From: Octopus sinensis
Taxonomy: Eukaryota
Assembly: GCF_006345805.1 (NCBI RefSeq)
Contig: NC_043020.1
Location: forward strand, 23,498,001 to 23,562,000
Length of the DNA: 64,000 nt
Reading direction: 5' to 3'
Under the pieces are notes generated by a model. It ran no database searches. It was not told the DNA's origin and saw only the letters and a list, made by a program, of their open reading frames with translations. The position numbers and the translations under genes were made by a program. Positions 1 through 12,397 of the stretch are shown in pieces; position 1 is the first letter of the stretch; every line of letters begins with the position of its first letter.

Positions 1-270
1 GCCATTCATCCTTTCGGGGTCGATAAATTAAGTACCAATTACGCACTGGGATAAATGTAATAGACTTAATCCGTTTGTCTATCCTTGTTTGTTCTCTCTG
101 AGTTGGTCCTTTCTGAGTTCAAATTCCACCGAGGTTGACTTTGCCTTTCATACTTTCGGGGTCGATAAATTAAGTACCAGTTACGCACTGGGGTAGATGT
201 AACCGACTTAATCCCTTTGTCTGTCCTTGTTTGTCCCCTGTGCTTAGCCCCTTGTGGGTAATAAAGAAAT
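1..270 (+). mobile_element. SINE-A (tRNA-like head, Nin/Deu-like central domain); two partial units, window starts inside
   Basis: Contains the recurrent core gcctttcatcctttcggggtcgataaattaagtacc and the tail tagccccttgtgggtaataaagaaata found at many loci in the window. Confidence 0.85.
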
Positions 271-283
271 ACAATGTAATATA

Positions 284-445
284 CAGGCGTGGCTATATGG
301 TACGAAGCTTGCTTCTCAACCACATGGTTCGGGGTTCAGTCCCACTGCGTGGCACCTTCGGTAACTGGCTTCCTTCTACTATATCCACGGGCCGACCAAA
401 GCTTTGTCAGTGGATTTGGTAGGCAGAAAGTGAAAGAAGTCTGTG
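284..445 (+). mobile_element. SINE-B, 5' half
   Basis: ggcgtggctatatggtacgaagcttgc...ggggttcagtccc (A/B-box-like) matches the head of the fuller copies at 6582, 40015 and 56307. Confidence 0.8.
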
Positions 446-656
446 TTCTTCGCCCTCACCCACACCTACACTTACACCTCATAACCATTAGTAGATTTTG
501 ACGATAATTTTTCCCTCCTTCTTCCTTCCTTCCTTTCAACATTCCTATTTTTTTATTCCGAGAAGAGGTATGCTCGAAACGTAACGTAAAACAACTACTC
601 TTTTCCTTCTACAAGCGTCCTATAAATACATTATTGCTTTTTCTGTCTTTTTTCCT

Positions 657-687
<31 letters not shown>

Positions 688-689
688 CT

Positions 690-1105
690 GTATACACACA
701 CATACATACGTACATACATACATACATACATGCACATACATACATACATACATACATACACATACAGACATACGTACATACATACATACATACATGCACA
801 TACATACATACATGCACATACATACATACACACATACATACATACATACATGCACATACATACATACTTACATGAACATACATACATACATACATACCTA
901 CATACATACATACGTACATACATACATGCACATATATACATACATACATACATACATACATGCACATACATACATACATATATACATACATACATGCACA
1001 TACATACATGCACACACATACATACATACATACATACATACATACATACATACATACATACATACGTACGTACATGCATACATACATACATACATACATA
1101 CATAC
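690..1105. repeat. (TACA)n/(CATA)n microsatellite
   Basis: Directly visible; it produces the MYVC/HTYI pseudo-ORFs. Confidence 0.97.
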
Positions 1106-1400
1106 AAGCAGGAGCTAAAAGCTGCCAGTGAAAAACTCCCACATCGGAAGAGAAGAACCGGGAGAAGAACAATAAACAAAATATTTAACCGCAAATAGGC
1201 AGCAGAAGTATACAGACTGATGAACGGAGGAGCAGTAAACATCACGGAAGCTCCTTCACTAGAAGACATAGACTCCTAGAAGAAAATCGGGAGAAAAGAG
1301 AAGGAATTTAACCAATATGCTCCCTGGCTGGAAGAAATCCGAAAAAGTTATTGCTCCTCTGTTGCCTCCAAGACATACAACATTGATGGTATTATTGCTT
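1106..1400 (+). mobile_element. Decayed R4/Dong-like LINE fragment (region upstream of the RT)
   Basis: Translation KQELKAASEKL..INKIFNRK*..YRLMNGGAVNITEAPSLEDI..KEFNQYAPWLEEI resembles the pre-RT region of the element at 47.8-48.1 kb; contains stops. Confidence 0.55.
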
Positions 1401-1734
1401 TTTCTGTCCTCTGAATTAACGTGTTCTGTATTTTTATTTGTATTGCTTTTACGTCCTGTTCTTGTCACTTTTTTTCCGTTTTTTTTACCCCTCTGCAAAA
1501 GGAATTTTATTTAATTCATTTTGCAGGAAGGACTGCTTCGGCCGGATCGTATTCTGCCCTTACCTTAGAAACACGCATTTAGTCGAACCAGGGACAGCTG
1601 ATGAAGGGGAATATTCCTTGTATTGTTGGTCTTGTACTCTGTTTTTTCGTTGTTAAAAAAAGTCCGTTTCCTTGTTTGTTTTTATGTTTTCGTTTCTCGT
1701 TGTGTTCTACGTTTATTTGTGGTGTCCTGTACTC

Positions 1735-1805
<71 letters not shown>

Positions 1806-3146
1806 TGTATATATACATATAGATGTAGGTATGTACATATATGTATGTATGCATATGTTTTATTTGTTAAATTTTTATTATATATATATATATATTTATA
1901 TGTGTATACGAGCAAAACGCCCCTCGTCCAATGGACGGGGCTGAGATGTCAGACATTTAAACGAAATTTTCTCGAAACAACTTGTCCGACCGTCCCATAG
2001 GCCCCCCTTTTGAGAAACACTGATTTAACCTAAATTTGAGACACCAGCAAAGGAAGAAATAAAGATAGACTTTTTCTATTCCAAGAAATACGATTTTACA
2101 AATGCACGTTCCCACGGCTTTATCGATCGCATTCTCACCTGGAATCGATTTTTGTAATTTTTCCGAGAATTATACACGGCCTGATACCGTCGGTATCTAC
2201 ATATCAAATTTGAGCGCAATCGGATGGAGGATGCTCAAGATCCTAGACACACACAGACAGACAGAACATATTTTATATAATAGATATACATACACATACA
2301 TATCTGCTGTGTGTTTTCTTTTATTTATGGTTGTGTTCGTTCTCTCCACCACAACTTGACAACCAGTACTGGTGTGTTTACGTCCCTGTATCTTAGCACT
2401 TCGGCAAACGATATGGATAGAATAAGTACCAGGCTTGTAAAAAATATGTACTGAGGTGGATACATTCAAATAAAAAAGTGATATATATATACACATATAT
2501 ATTCACATCTAACTACCAAACTATATATATATATTATATATTATATATATATATAATTATATATATATATATAATTGTATAAAATGTATAAGCGTAAAAT
2601 TGTATTGTAGTTTGCCTCAGGTACTGCAATGTGCTTAAATAATATAAACATATGAAAAACCCTTGAGCAGCTAATTTGCCATTAATTAACGAAGGCAACG
2701 AAAGATATAGAATCTCATATGTGTTGTATGATGATCGTATATTTAGGAAAATGATTTACGTCTTCAAATAATCGCCAAAAGTTCGCGGAAATGCATTGTT
2801 AGCAGCAGGAAAGTCTATAATGAACTATCTCCGGATACTCATTATTTTCTGTCATCAGGTTGAGTTGAGAAATATTTCCCGAAACAGATTATTAGACAAC
2901 TTTTGTATGGTAATATAATCTCTTCATTGACATCTTATATATCTTGCATAACTTCTCAACTGCATTGCTCAACGCTTTCTTCAAACATTTATATAATTTA
3001 CTGTATATAATCTTTACAATGTACGGTGCAGGTGCATTGTGGCCGAATGTTTAATCTGTTTTAACAACAGATGATATACGATGGTATATGTATATAATGG
3101 CAAATATACGTCATTATATATATATATATATATATATACATATATA

Positions 3147-3460
3147 CTGTTGTGTCTAGCGAGAGTCATTTTCTTTTTATGCCTTACAATTTAACACACT
3201 CACCGGTAAAATTTCCTCTTATTTCTTATTTTTATTTTCCTAAAATTTTCATTGCGTCTTGCAACCTTTTCAATAGTCTTGACTCTCTCCGTTATTTACA
3301 CTGCGTTCCTTTTTGTTTGTTTGTGCTCATGTGTGTGGGTCAGTGTGTGGTGTATTGAAAATTTTAGGAAAATTAAAATAAGAAATAAGTGGAAATTTTA
3401 CCGGTGAGCTTGTTAAATAATAAGGCACAAAAAGAAAATGACTTTCCCCAGACACAACAG
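3147..3460. mobile_element. Fold-back MITE with ~105-bp terminal inverted repeats
   Basis: Left arm ctgttgtgtct...cctaaaattttca (3147-~3251) is the imperfect reverse complement of the right arm tgaaaattttagg...agacacaacag (~3356-3460). Confidence 0.8.
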
Positions 3461-4319
3461 AATATGCTTCAACACACGAACTCATATAAAGAATCTTGCA
3501 AACCAAATCCAAAAACGAAATATGTGTATAGTTTTGTCAATTTTGAGTTACACCGGTAAAAGTATTTATTTTACATCTTACGAAGTTTCTAAATTCTTAT
3601 GACGTAACCAATGTACAATTCCTGCTGGTAACAACAAATCTTCTAAAGTGGTTGGAGAAAAAATCGAAGAATTGCTTCAGTATAGTTGCAAAACGTTTAT
3701 CATGTTTATAGAAGATGTAGGTTTTAGTCACACAAGTAGTACTTCGGCTTTTTAACCTGATATTCTACATGATATTATTTATGGCTATATCTGCTTCGAG
3801 TTCCACCGGTAAAAATTTACATACCCACTCATACACATATACATACATACATACATACATACATACATACATACATACATACATACATACATACATACAT
3901 ACATACATGCATGCATACATGTAATTATATATAATCACATAGTCTCGGCAGCAACATTTTAAGTTTCACAACCAAGCCTGACAAACAGCAATAATGGAAA
4001 ATTGTAAAGGCTCTGTAGAATATTTCCCATTTTTCAAATTTGTCCTGTTCTGGTGTTTCTAGACTCCATAATTACGTATATAAAACGAAAATTGTTTTGA
4101 ATAATTCATGAGATCATGAGATCTTTATGCATTCTCGAAGTCCTAAATTCAAAAATGCCGACCACTTTCGAAAAAGTATTACATTATATTTGAACAAAAT
4201 TGAATAGTTTTCGCTTTCTACCATACGTATGTCTGAAAGTGTATGTATATATATATTATATATAATATATATATACATGTGTGTGTATACATAGATACAT
4301 ATATATTATATATATATAT

Positions 4320-4365
<46 letters not shown>

Positions 4366-5444
4366 TATATATATATGTGTATCTGTGTGTATGTATATAT
4401 GTATATACATATATATATTTTTATATACATGTGTATGTTTGTGTGAGTGAGTGAGTGTGTGTACGTGGATGCATATATGTATCTGTTCGCACAAGTGATT
4501 ATAGCGGAGATGGTATTAAACTATCTTTATGTATGTTTTATTATTATCAAGAACTATGCGTTCGGCTTTCATATTCCTTTTACACATAAAGATTTCGCTG
4601 TGAACAATTTTCATAGAATAAATATTTTACTTTTGTTAAAATTATCACCTTTATTTGAAATAAAATTGTATGATCTGTATAAAAAGAAAGTAGGCTCTGT
4701 ATCGAGCTTTTTGCGCTGAAGGACAAAAATAACTGAGAAAATGATCCAGAAAAACAAACATATTCTTGTTGTAAGTGTTTCGACTATTTTGAGATAATCT
4801 TTACCAAAATCAGAACCATTCCTGCTGCAAAAATTCCTACAAAATAAAAGAGCATCACAATTATATTTAGAAACGAATTGTTTTATCTTAATCTTCGATC
4901 AGTGATAAAATCCGCGCCACATGATCGAATCTAACGATCTTTACTCCTTCGATTAGTTTTGATTGTGTAGAAAATCTCCTTCAAAAAAAAAAAGGAAATA
5001 CTACAAAAGACGATGAAGAATTTGTCTCGAAGGTATTCAAGCAAGAGCCAACTCTATTCTGTCGGTTTAAACTTAGTTATTTGGCAAGAAAACTCGGTCT
5101 CTGTAAAGACACCATTGAACTCTTTGGCTCCCGACTCAAATACAATTACTTTATCTTGGCACAATTGGCACCAAATTTGAGAAATGTGCGTATGGGTGTG
5201 TGCGTGTGACGGAGTATGTATCTGTGTCTGTATGCTTGTATGTCTGTGTTTTTTATGTGTGCGTGTGCCTGTGTGTGTGCGCCTGTGTATGTATGTGTGT
5301 AACTGAGTATGTCTGTGTGCCTGTATTTTGGTGTGTGTGTGTGTTAAATATATCTAATGTGTAGTAAGATACTTATTTTCCAATCTCAGGGTGTCGACTC
5401 AAGTTCCACGCGTGACACCTTTGTCGAGTTTCTTATACTTATTT

Positions 5445-6110
5445 GTTTACTACCCACAAGAGGCCAAACACAGAGGGGACAAACAAGAACAGAGAAACGG
5501 ATTAAGTCGATTATATTGACCCCAGTGCGTAAGTGGTATTTATTTAATCGACCCCGAAAGGATGAATGGCAAAGTCGACCTCGACAGAATTTGAACTCAG
5601 AACGTAGCGGCAGGCGAAATACCTATTTCTTTACTACCCACAAGGGGCTAAACACAGAGGGGACAAACAAGGACAGGCAAACGGCGCTCAACACCCTAGA
5701 CAAGATTGCAATATCCTTTCTACTAACAGCACAAAGCCTGAAGTTTAGTGGGAGGGGACCAGTCGATTACATCGACCCTAGTGTTTCACTGGTTCTTAAT
5801 TTATCGACCCCGAACGAAAGGATGAAAAGCAAAGTCGACCTCGATGGAATTTGAACTCAGAACGGAGCGATGGGCGAAATGCTATTTCTTTATTGCCCTC
5901 AAGGGGATAAACACAGAGGGGACAAACAAGGACAGGCAAACGGATTAAGTCGATTACATCGACTCCAGTACGTAAATGGTACTTAATTTATCGACCCCGA
6001 AAGGATGAAAGGCAAAGTCGACCTCGGCGGAATTTGAACGTAACAGCAGGTGAAATACCGCTAAGCATTTCGCCCGGCGTGCTAACGTTTCTACCAAGTC
6101 GCTGCCTTCG
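5445..6110 (-). mobile_element. Multimeric SINE-A/SINE-C cluster
   Basis: Three Nin-like cores in the same orientation; junctions of type aaagaaatag|gtatttcg at ~5621 and ~5882. Confidence 0.85.
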
Positions 6111-6581
6111 GGGGTTTCTTATACTATAGCATGGATCTGCCCAAAGCCATCTAAGTGGTGTTGGTAGACGGAAGCTGAGAGAAGATCGTCGTATTTACCA
6201 TATTCTGTCACATCTGCATTTAGTATTAAGGATTAGCAACAGATATTGATGCATATTTGTTACCACTATATATAAAATCGCATGCTGGCCAGGATTCTTT
6301 TATGTGGATCTATGAATAGCCACCATTGTTCAACATTTCTCATCTTCGCCGCGCATTCCTCATCACGCCGCTTACAAAATCACGTCAGTATTTGTTGGTG
6401 ACTCTCGCAACAAAGAGGATTAACTTCATAGAATTAATTTACGTCTTTCGGGAGAAACCTGATCTATGCTGATAATAAAATGACTGCTGGGAAGCTCAAC
6501 AGACCTCGGTACTTACTGGACAATGCAATATAGTCCTATAGTCCTACTTAAGCTTCTTTAATTAATCAATACAGAACAACA

Positions 6582-6748
6582 TCGTGGCTGTGTGGAAAGT
6601 AGCTTGCTTACCAACCACATGGTTCCGGGTTCAGTCCCACTGCGTGGCACCTTGGGCAAGTGTCGTCTACAATAGCCTCGAGCCGACCAAAGCCTTGTGA
6701 GTGGATTTTGTAGAACGGAAACTGAAAGAAGCCTGTCGTATATATATG

Positions 6749-6797
<49 letters not shown>

Positions 6798-7060
6798 GTG
6801 TGTGTGTGTGTGTATGTGTCTGTGTGTGTGTCTGTGTGTGTGTGTGTGTGTGTGTGTTTGTGTGTATGATTGTGTCTGTGTTTATACCCCAACATCGCTT
6901 GACAACCGATGCTAGTGCGTTTACGTCCCCGCAACTTAGTGGTTCGGCAAAAGAGACTGATAGAATAAGTACTAGGCTTACAAAGAATAAGTCCTGGGAT
7001 CGATTTGCTCGACTAAATGGCCACAGTCAAATGACTAAAAGAAGTAAAAGACTAAAAAAG
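6582..7060 (+). mobile_element. SINE-B, near full length, with internal (TA)n(TG)n
   Basis: Head gtggctgtgtgg..gggttcagtccc, internal microsatellite at ~6738-6865, tail ggccacagtcaaatgactaaaagaagtaaaaga. Confidence 0.88.
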
Positions 7061-7309
7061 TATGTAAATTTTTTTAAAATCATTTGAGAACTTATTACGA
7101 AGTTCGAATTTGAGTATGTTATTGCCGAGGAGTTCGAGTTAGACCGAAACCTGTTGAGCTTAATTCTTAATTTCCTGAAATTTATCTCCCCTTCTTTTTG
7201 AGACTCGCTTAATTTCCTTAGGCCTTTGTTTCCTTTCCCTCATTAAAGAGCGAAATTTAATTCAGTTGAGTTCTTTTGCGAAAACAACGACATTTTATCG
7301 TTATTGCTG

Positions 7310-7366
<57 letters not shown>

Positions 7367-7849
7367 CAGTAATCAAGCAGTGTTTTAAAATATCCAGGAT
7401 TATGATGCCTATTATCGATGATTCCACAAAGGAGGAGCAGGAAAAAACTGGCTGTTATTTCTAGTAGGTCGAATGGCCATGTACAAGCCCAACAATTTCT
7501 CCAGCCCATTGACTTGATTTAGAAACGGTTTCTGTGTTAGTAACACGGAAATACATCAAATATACATTTGCAGCCGGCGATGGCAGCGACAGAGATGGTC
7601 GAGGCAAAGGACAATCGATTAAATCAATTTCTGTAGCGGACTGGTATTTATTTTATTGATCTGTGAAAAATGCAAAAAAGTTAAGTAACTTCGGTGAAAT
7701 ATGGAATCAGATATTAAAGCGGCAACACGAAGTACCACGAGGAAATGTTTCTAACGATCTCTCGATTCTACCAAATCAGAGTATTCTAATCTGATTTTAA
7801 AATTCGTTTGGTGTTTTGGTTCCGCTATGCCTTGCTGTGATTCTAGTAG

Positions 7850-8760
7850 ATTTTAATGAACTCCCTTCATTATTACCTACATCGGAGTCTATATCTACTC
7901 TAGCTAACGCCACGCAGTCTTCTGTTGATATTACCCCCTCCCCCTTTCACCTTCCATTCTAGGTAGAGATAATCCTGCTACTTCTGCCCTGGGGTGGAGT
8001 CCTCCATTCATATTGAATTCCTTCCTAGTTTTTCTGTCCAGATTTGGTAATTCAGTTTTTGTCCAATCTACAAAACCTGCTCAGTATCTAAGTAATGATA
8101 CAGCCCAAGTATTTCTAGCCTTCACTAAATTCGGACAATTTAGCTTTGACGTAATTAACTTCCTCACCCTTCTGATGTAAAGGGTAAAGACCCCCTTCGG
8201 TCATGAATGACCATGGGATTGCACCTAGAAAGTTACCCTCCTAGACACAAGTCCGGGCAAGGTTGTTTATGGAAGGCCAGCAGTCGCCCATGCATACCAG
8301 CCTCCCCTCTCCACGCCACCAGTGTTATCCAAGGGAAAGACAAAGGTCGATACAGCTTGGCACCTGTGACGTCGCAACTCATTTCTACAGCTGAGTGAAC
8401 TGAAGCAACGTGAAATAAAGTGCCTTGCTCGAGAGCACAACACGCAGCCCGGTCCGGGATTCGAGCTCACAACCTCACGATCGTAAGCTCGACGCTCTAA
8501 CCACTGAGCCATGCGATGTACTCCTTCATAATTTTCGTTTTCATGTCTGTAGTTAGTACTCTGACAGATTCTAATACTCCTGGATACTTATAACTCTCTC
8601 GTCCTTTAAAGGTTTCAATGATTTTAATACCAGGCCGTCTGTTGACTACCTGTCCCCTTCTCATGACTAATATTGCACATTTGCCTGTGCCAAATTCCAT
8701 GCTAATATCTTTACGGACAAGTCTTACAGTCTGCATTAAGGAATCTATCTAATTCTTACT
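7850..8760 (-). mobile_element. Decayed R4/Dong-like RT and post-RT fragment interrupted by SINE-D
   Basis: Minus-strand translation QTVRLVRKDISMEFGTGKCAILVMRRG..YKYPGVLE..KIMKEY|IRRVRKLITSKLN..NTWAVSLLRY*AGFVDWTKTELPNLDRKTRK..GLHPRAEV continues in frame across the SINE. Confidence 0.85.
8180..8514 (-). mobile_element. SINE-D (tRNA-like head) with a 6-bp target-site duplication
   Basis: A box tggctcagtgg and B box-like ctcgaatcc on the minus strand; gatgta at 8174-8179 and 8515-8520. Confidence 0.85.
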
Positions 8761-9499
8761 CGTGGTGGTGGTGGGGGCGATAAAATATATACCAGCTGAG
8801 TACTGGATCCCATGGAATAGACTTACCCCACTCCATCGAAATTGCCAGCCTTGTATCAAAATTTGAAACCATTATTATTAGTAGTATATTCACCATCATT
8901 ATTATTAAATGTTATCAATTAAAGAAATAATTATAACTTTTCTTTTAGTCATCAATGCTGATTTGAATTAGCAGCAGTCGGCTATTGTCCAATTTTATTT
9001 ATTCATATCATTGACAAATATTTCTGCAGTAGGAGTTTAAATATTTACAGAGTGTTCCGTAAGAAATGTGTCTTCATCCGTAATAATAATTATCAAACTG
9101 CTATCGTTTTCATTTTAAACGGCAGTGTAATGTATTTGATTAAACATTTAAACGAACAAAGCAGCTTTGTAATTTCATCGCAATGACACGCTATTCTCCT
9201 GAAGGTGATACAACTACGATTGACAAAAGACCTGTTAAAATGGCTACTTGGTGGCTATTAATTAGGTTATGCTAGCGAGTAGTGGATTGTAATTGAAAGA
9301 AGCCATACGGATGTGATATGGCTGTTTAAAAAAATATACACAAAATAATTTCTATAAACTAGAATTTATTACAGAGGAAAATTAATAAAGTCTTTCTTTT
9401 TTAAATTAGAAAGTCGAAAAATTAAAATCGTACAAGAAAATGAAATAAAAAAAAATTGAATAAAATATTTTTTTGTCGTTTACTAGTCTTAGTCATTGG

Positions 9500-9738
9500 A
9501 CTGCGACCATGCTGGCGCACAATTGGACTGCGACCAGGCTGGGGCACATTCTTGAAGGGTTTTAGTTGAACAGGTCAATCCCGGTAGTTATATTCTAAGT
9601 TTCACACGTACTCTTCTTACTCTATCAGTACTATTCGTCGAGGACGTAAAAAAGCCAGCACCGGTTGCCGGGTGGTGGTAGATGCAAAGGCAAGCACTAA
9701 GACACACACACACACACATACGCATATATATATATACA

Positions 9739-9769
<31 letters not shown>

Positions 9770-9900
9770 TGAACAAGTTTCCAGAGAGTTTCTGCTTACT
9801 AAACTCATTTACAAGACATTGGTCAGTGTGGGGACTGAACCCCAAACCACATGATCGTAAAGCAAGCTTCTTAACCACAGAGCCAATCCTGCACCTAACT
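9500..9900 (-). mobile_element. SINE-B with internal (CA)n/(TACA)n
   Basis: Reverse complement of the SINE-B head at ~9790-9895 and tail motif gactgcgaccatgctgg at ~9518. Confidence 0.75.
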
Positions 9901-10407
9901 GAATATCTAATAAAAAAAGGAAAAAAAAAAGAAATTATATTCAATTTGCGTTGTGACTTTCCCTGACACACGTCAAATGATATACAGCCAAAATTATTCT
10001 ATGCGTGATCATTTCGTCATTTTAATTGTGTTTAGTGTATCTAGGACTAATAAATCTAATGTAAAGCTGTTTAGAATAAGCAAAGTTATTGGTATTTAAT
10101 TGTCTTAATAAGCGCAGCTCTTTCGAGATCGGCTTAATGTTGCTTCTCTTTAGTATTGATGAGGTAGAAACGACAATTAATTACTTAACTAAATACAATA
10201 TTAATCGTGACAGATAACCACACACGCACTACGCTTATAAACATATAATTGTCAGCATTCACCAGAGGCCCGCGTATAATTACGTATCTACAATAAATAG
10301 GCAAGCGCTAAAACAGCCCTAGATCTATGCATGTTCCTTTCACACACATCAAGGACACTGATACGATGTATACTCACATACACGCTCACACATACACAAA
10401 CACATAG

Positions 10408-10444
<37 letters not shown>

Positions 10445-11199
10445 AGTATATATCCATCTGGTAATCTCATGTATTCCACGTGCACACCTCACATACACCT
10501 AAAATCTGACACACACCTAAAGCTGCATACACTTGCAGTCACATGACAAGCGCATGCGCATTAACAAATATGCATGCGCACACCAACATCGCTAAACACT
10601 TATACGCACGAAGCAAACCAAAGAGACGCTCACACGTACACACCGTAGCACATCCGTACACCGTTGTACAAACACCACATACACATACATCACTTCCTAT
10701 ACTAACTTTGAGAGTCATGCTCACAACTATATATTCACATCCAGGGTCTAGAGGTCAATCAAAGATCATTATCTCCCTTGACTGACCTCTCCACTTAAAA
10801 TATATTACAATTTACGGCAGCCATTACTTCTTTTCAAATACCAACTGTAAAAAACCACGTGATATTTTCTTGAATAATATTCCATCTAAATTAAATTTTT
10901 CTAATACGTACTCATTCCTGAAAACACACTATACATTGCACACCCAAAATTGTAATTAAAATGAAACGCACAAAGTCTTGCACACACACACACACACATA
11001 CTCACAAATTGTGATTGTGTCGCATAATACACCACGAGATATGAACATACATATTACTATTATATGCACATACACACATATCACTATTATATACACTAAT
11101 GGACATTCACACATCCTGCTCACGCACATACGCGAACATATCTCCAGACGCAATACACGTATCACAACACACACGTCCATCAGACACGACAGATGGTTG

Positions 11200-11432
11200 G
11201 CTTACGTTGACCTTCAGTTTCCAGCGGAATTAGTATGGGTGCCATCAAGACACACTATATGTTTGGATTTCTCCAGCTGTTGCGGCTGTTTGCCAGAGCC
11301 CGTGTTCACATTAATAGTATGCCTATCCACTCCTTGACATTATTTCTCCATCTTTTTATCTGCCTGTCTCTACTTCTTTCTCTGACCACACTTCTTTAGA
11401 GAATTGTCTTTGCAAGGCCACCTGATTTTGTT
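11200..11432 (-). mobile_element. RTE-clade LINE 3' coding remnant
   Basis: Minus translation HVTKSGGLARQ..KRSRDRQIKRWRNNVKEWIG..ALANSRNSWR resembles the RTE ORF C-terminus (R.RGR..KRW.D....W.G). Confidence 0.65.
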
Positions 11433-11444
11433 ACATGCTTATAC

Positions 11445-11680
11445 CTATTTCTTTACTACCCACAAGGGGCTAAACACAGAGAGGACAAACAAGGACAGAT
11501 AAACGGATTAAGTCGATTAGATCGAACCCAGGGCGTAACTGGTACTTAATTTATCGACCCCGAAAGGATGAAAGGCAAAGTCGACCTGGGCGGAATTTGA
11601 ACTCAGAACGCAACGGCAGACGAAATACGGCTACGCATTTCAACCGGTGTGCTAACGTTTCTGCCAGCTCGCCGCCTTAT
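11445..11680 (-). mobile_element. SINE-A, full-length solo copy
   Basis: Complete head (ggcggcgagctggcagaaacgttagc), Nin-like core and tail (aaagaaataggtat). Confidence 0.9.
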
Positions 11681-12397
11681 ACATGCTTATACCTAGCGTC
11701 AGGTATTTAAGGGGGAAAATTTGACAAGTCAGTCAGTCACCGGCTGACACTCGCTGACGGTACATCGAAGAAGCCAGGGAACAGAAGAAAGAAGACATGC
11801 ACCCAACACCAGAGCTGAAGACACCTCCGAAAGGGGGGGGGGGCGCCACGTCAAAACGGTAGAGGAGTAGGAGCCAAAACCGGACGTGGTTCCTTCTGGT
11901 GATGTCTCGAGCTAACTGGATCCTATAAAGGAGCTGTTGTGGTAGCAGGCCACGAAACACGGTTGTAATTCCTCCAGTGTATGCAAATGACTGATTTTGT
12001 TTTTCAAGTTAATGTTGGTATCTCCCCATTTCTTGATGAGATTTATTTCTTCATTTTTTTTCTGTTCTATTGTTATCATAATGCTTACCAAAAATTCATG
12101 TCTTGATTCTTTATCAAAAATGGCTTTCAAATATTTGAGCGTCTGCCCTGTCTCAAGTTTCCGTTCTTATGATGAAACGCTCTCACAAACTCGGGCGTTT
12201 TAGCGCGGATTTATATTCAGAACTTGATGGAAGCTCTATCAAGGTGGCTAATTCAATCGAATCCTCTTCTTTTCTTTTCAGTCGATGAAAATCATGAAAG
12301 CGGTTTAAATTTTTGATGCTCCTCCCTTCGGGGATGACTATCCGCACACAATCTTCTACTGCACAACAGAGAGAAGAATAAAATATATTAATATCTG

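Noticed and set aside
609-1198. Long ORFs of MYVC/HTYI repeats, and similar IYIY, YLSI, NNNN and IIII ORFs throughout the window
   Set aside because: They are translations of (TACA)n, (TA)n, (TATC)n and (TAA)n microsatellites, which lack stops in some frames; there is no evidence of coding
1590-1625. ctgatgaaggggaatattccttg, a hammerhead-like start
   Set aside because: The core and a possible stem II are present, but there is no GAAAC or stem III downstream
8400-8514. tRNA-like sequences here and at 16646 and 42268
   Set aside because: They have A/B boxes but no complete cloverleaf, and continue into SINE bodies; the 8.4-kb copy has a TSD
11813-11855. ctgaagacacctccgaaaggggg..gcgccacgtc, a hammerhead-like motif
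   Set aside because: GAAAC is replaced by GCCAC and there is no convincing stem I
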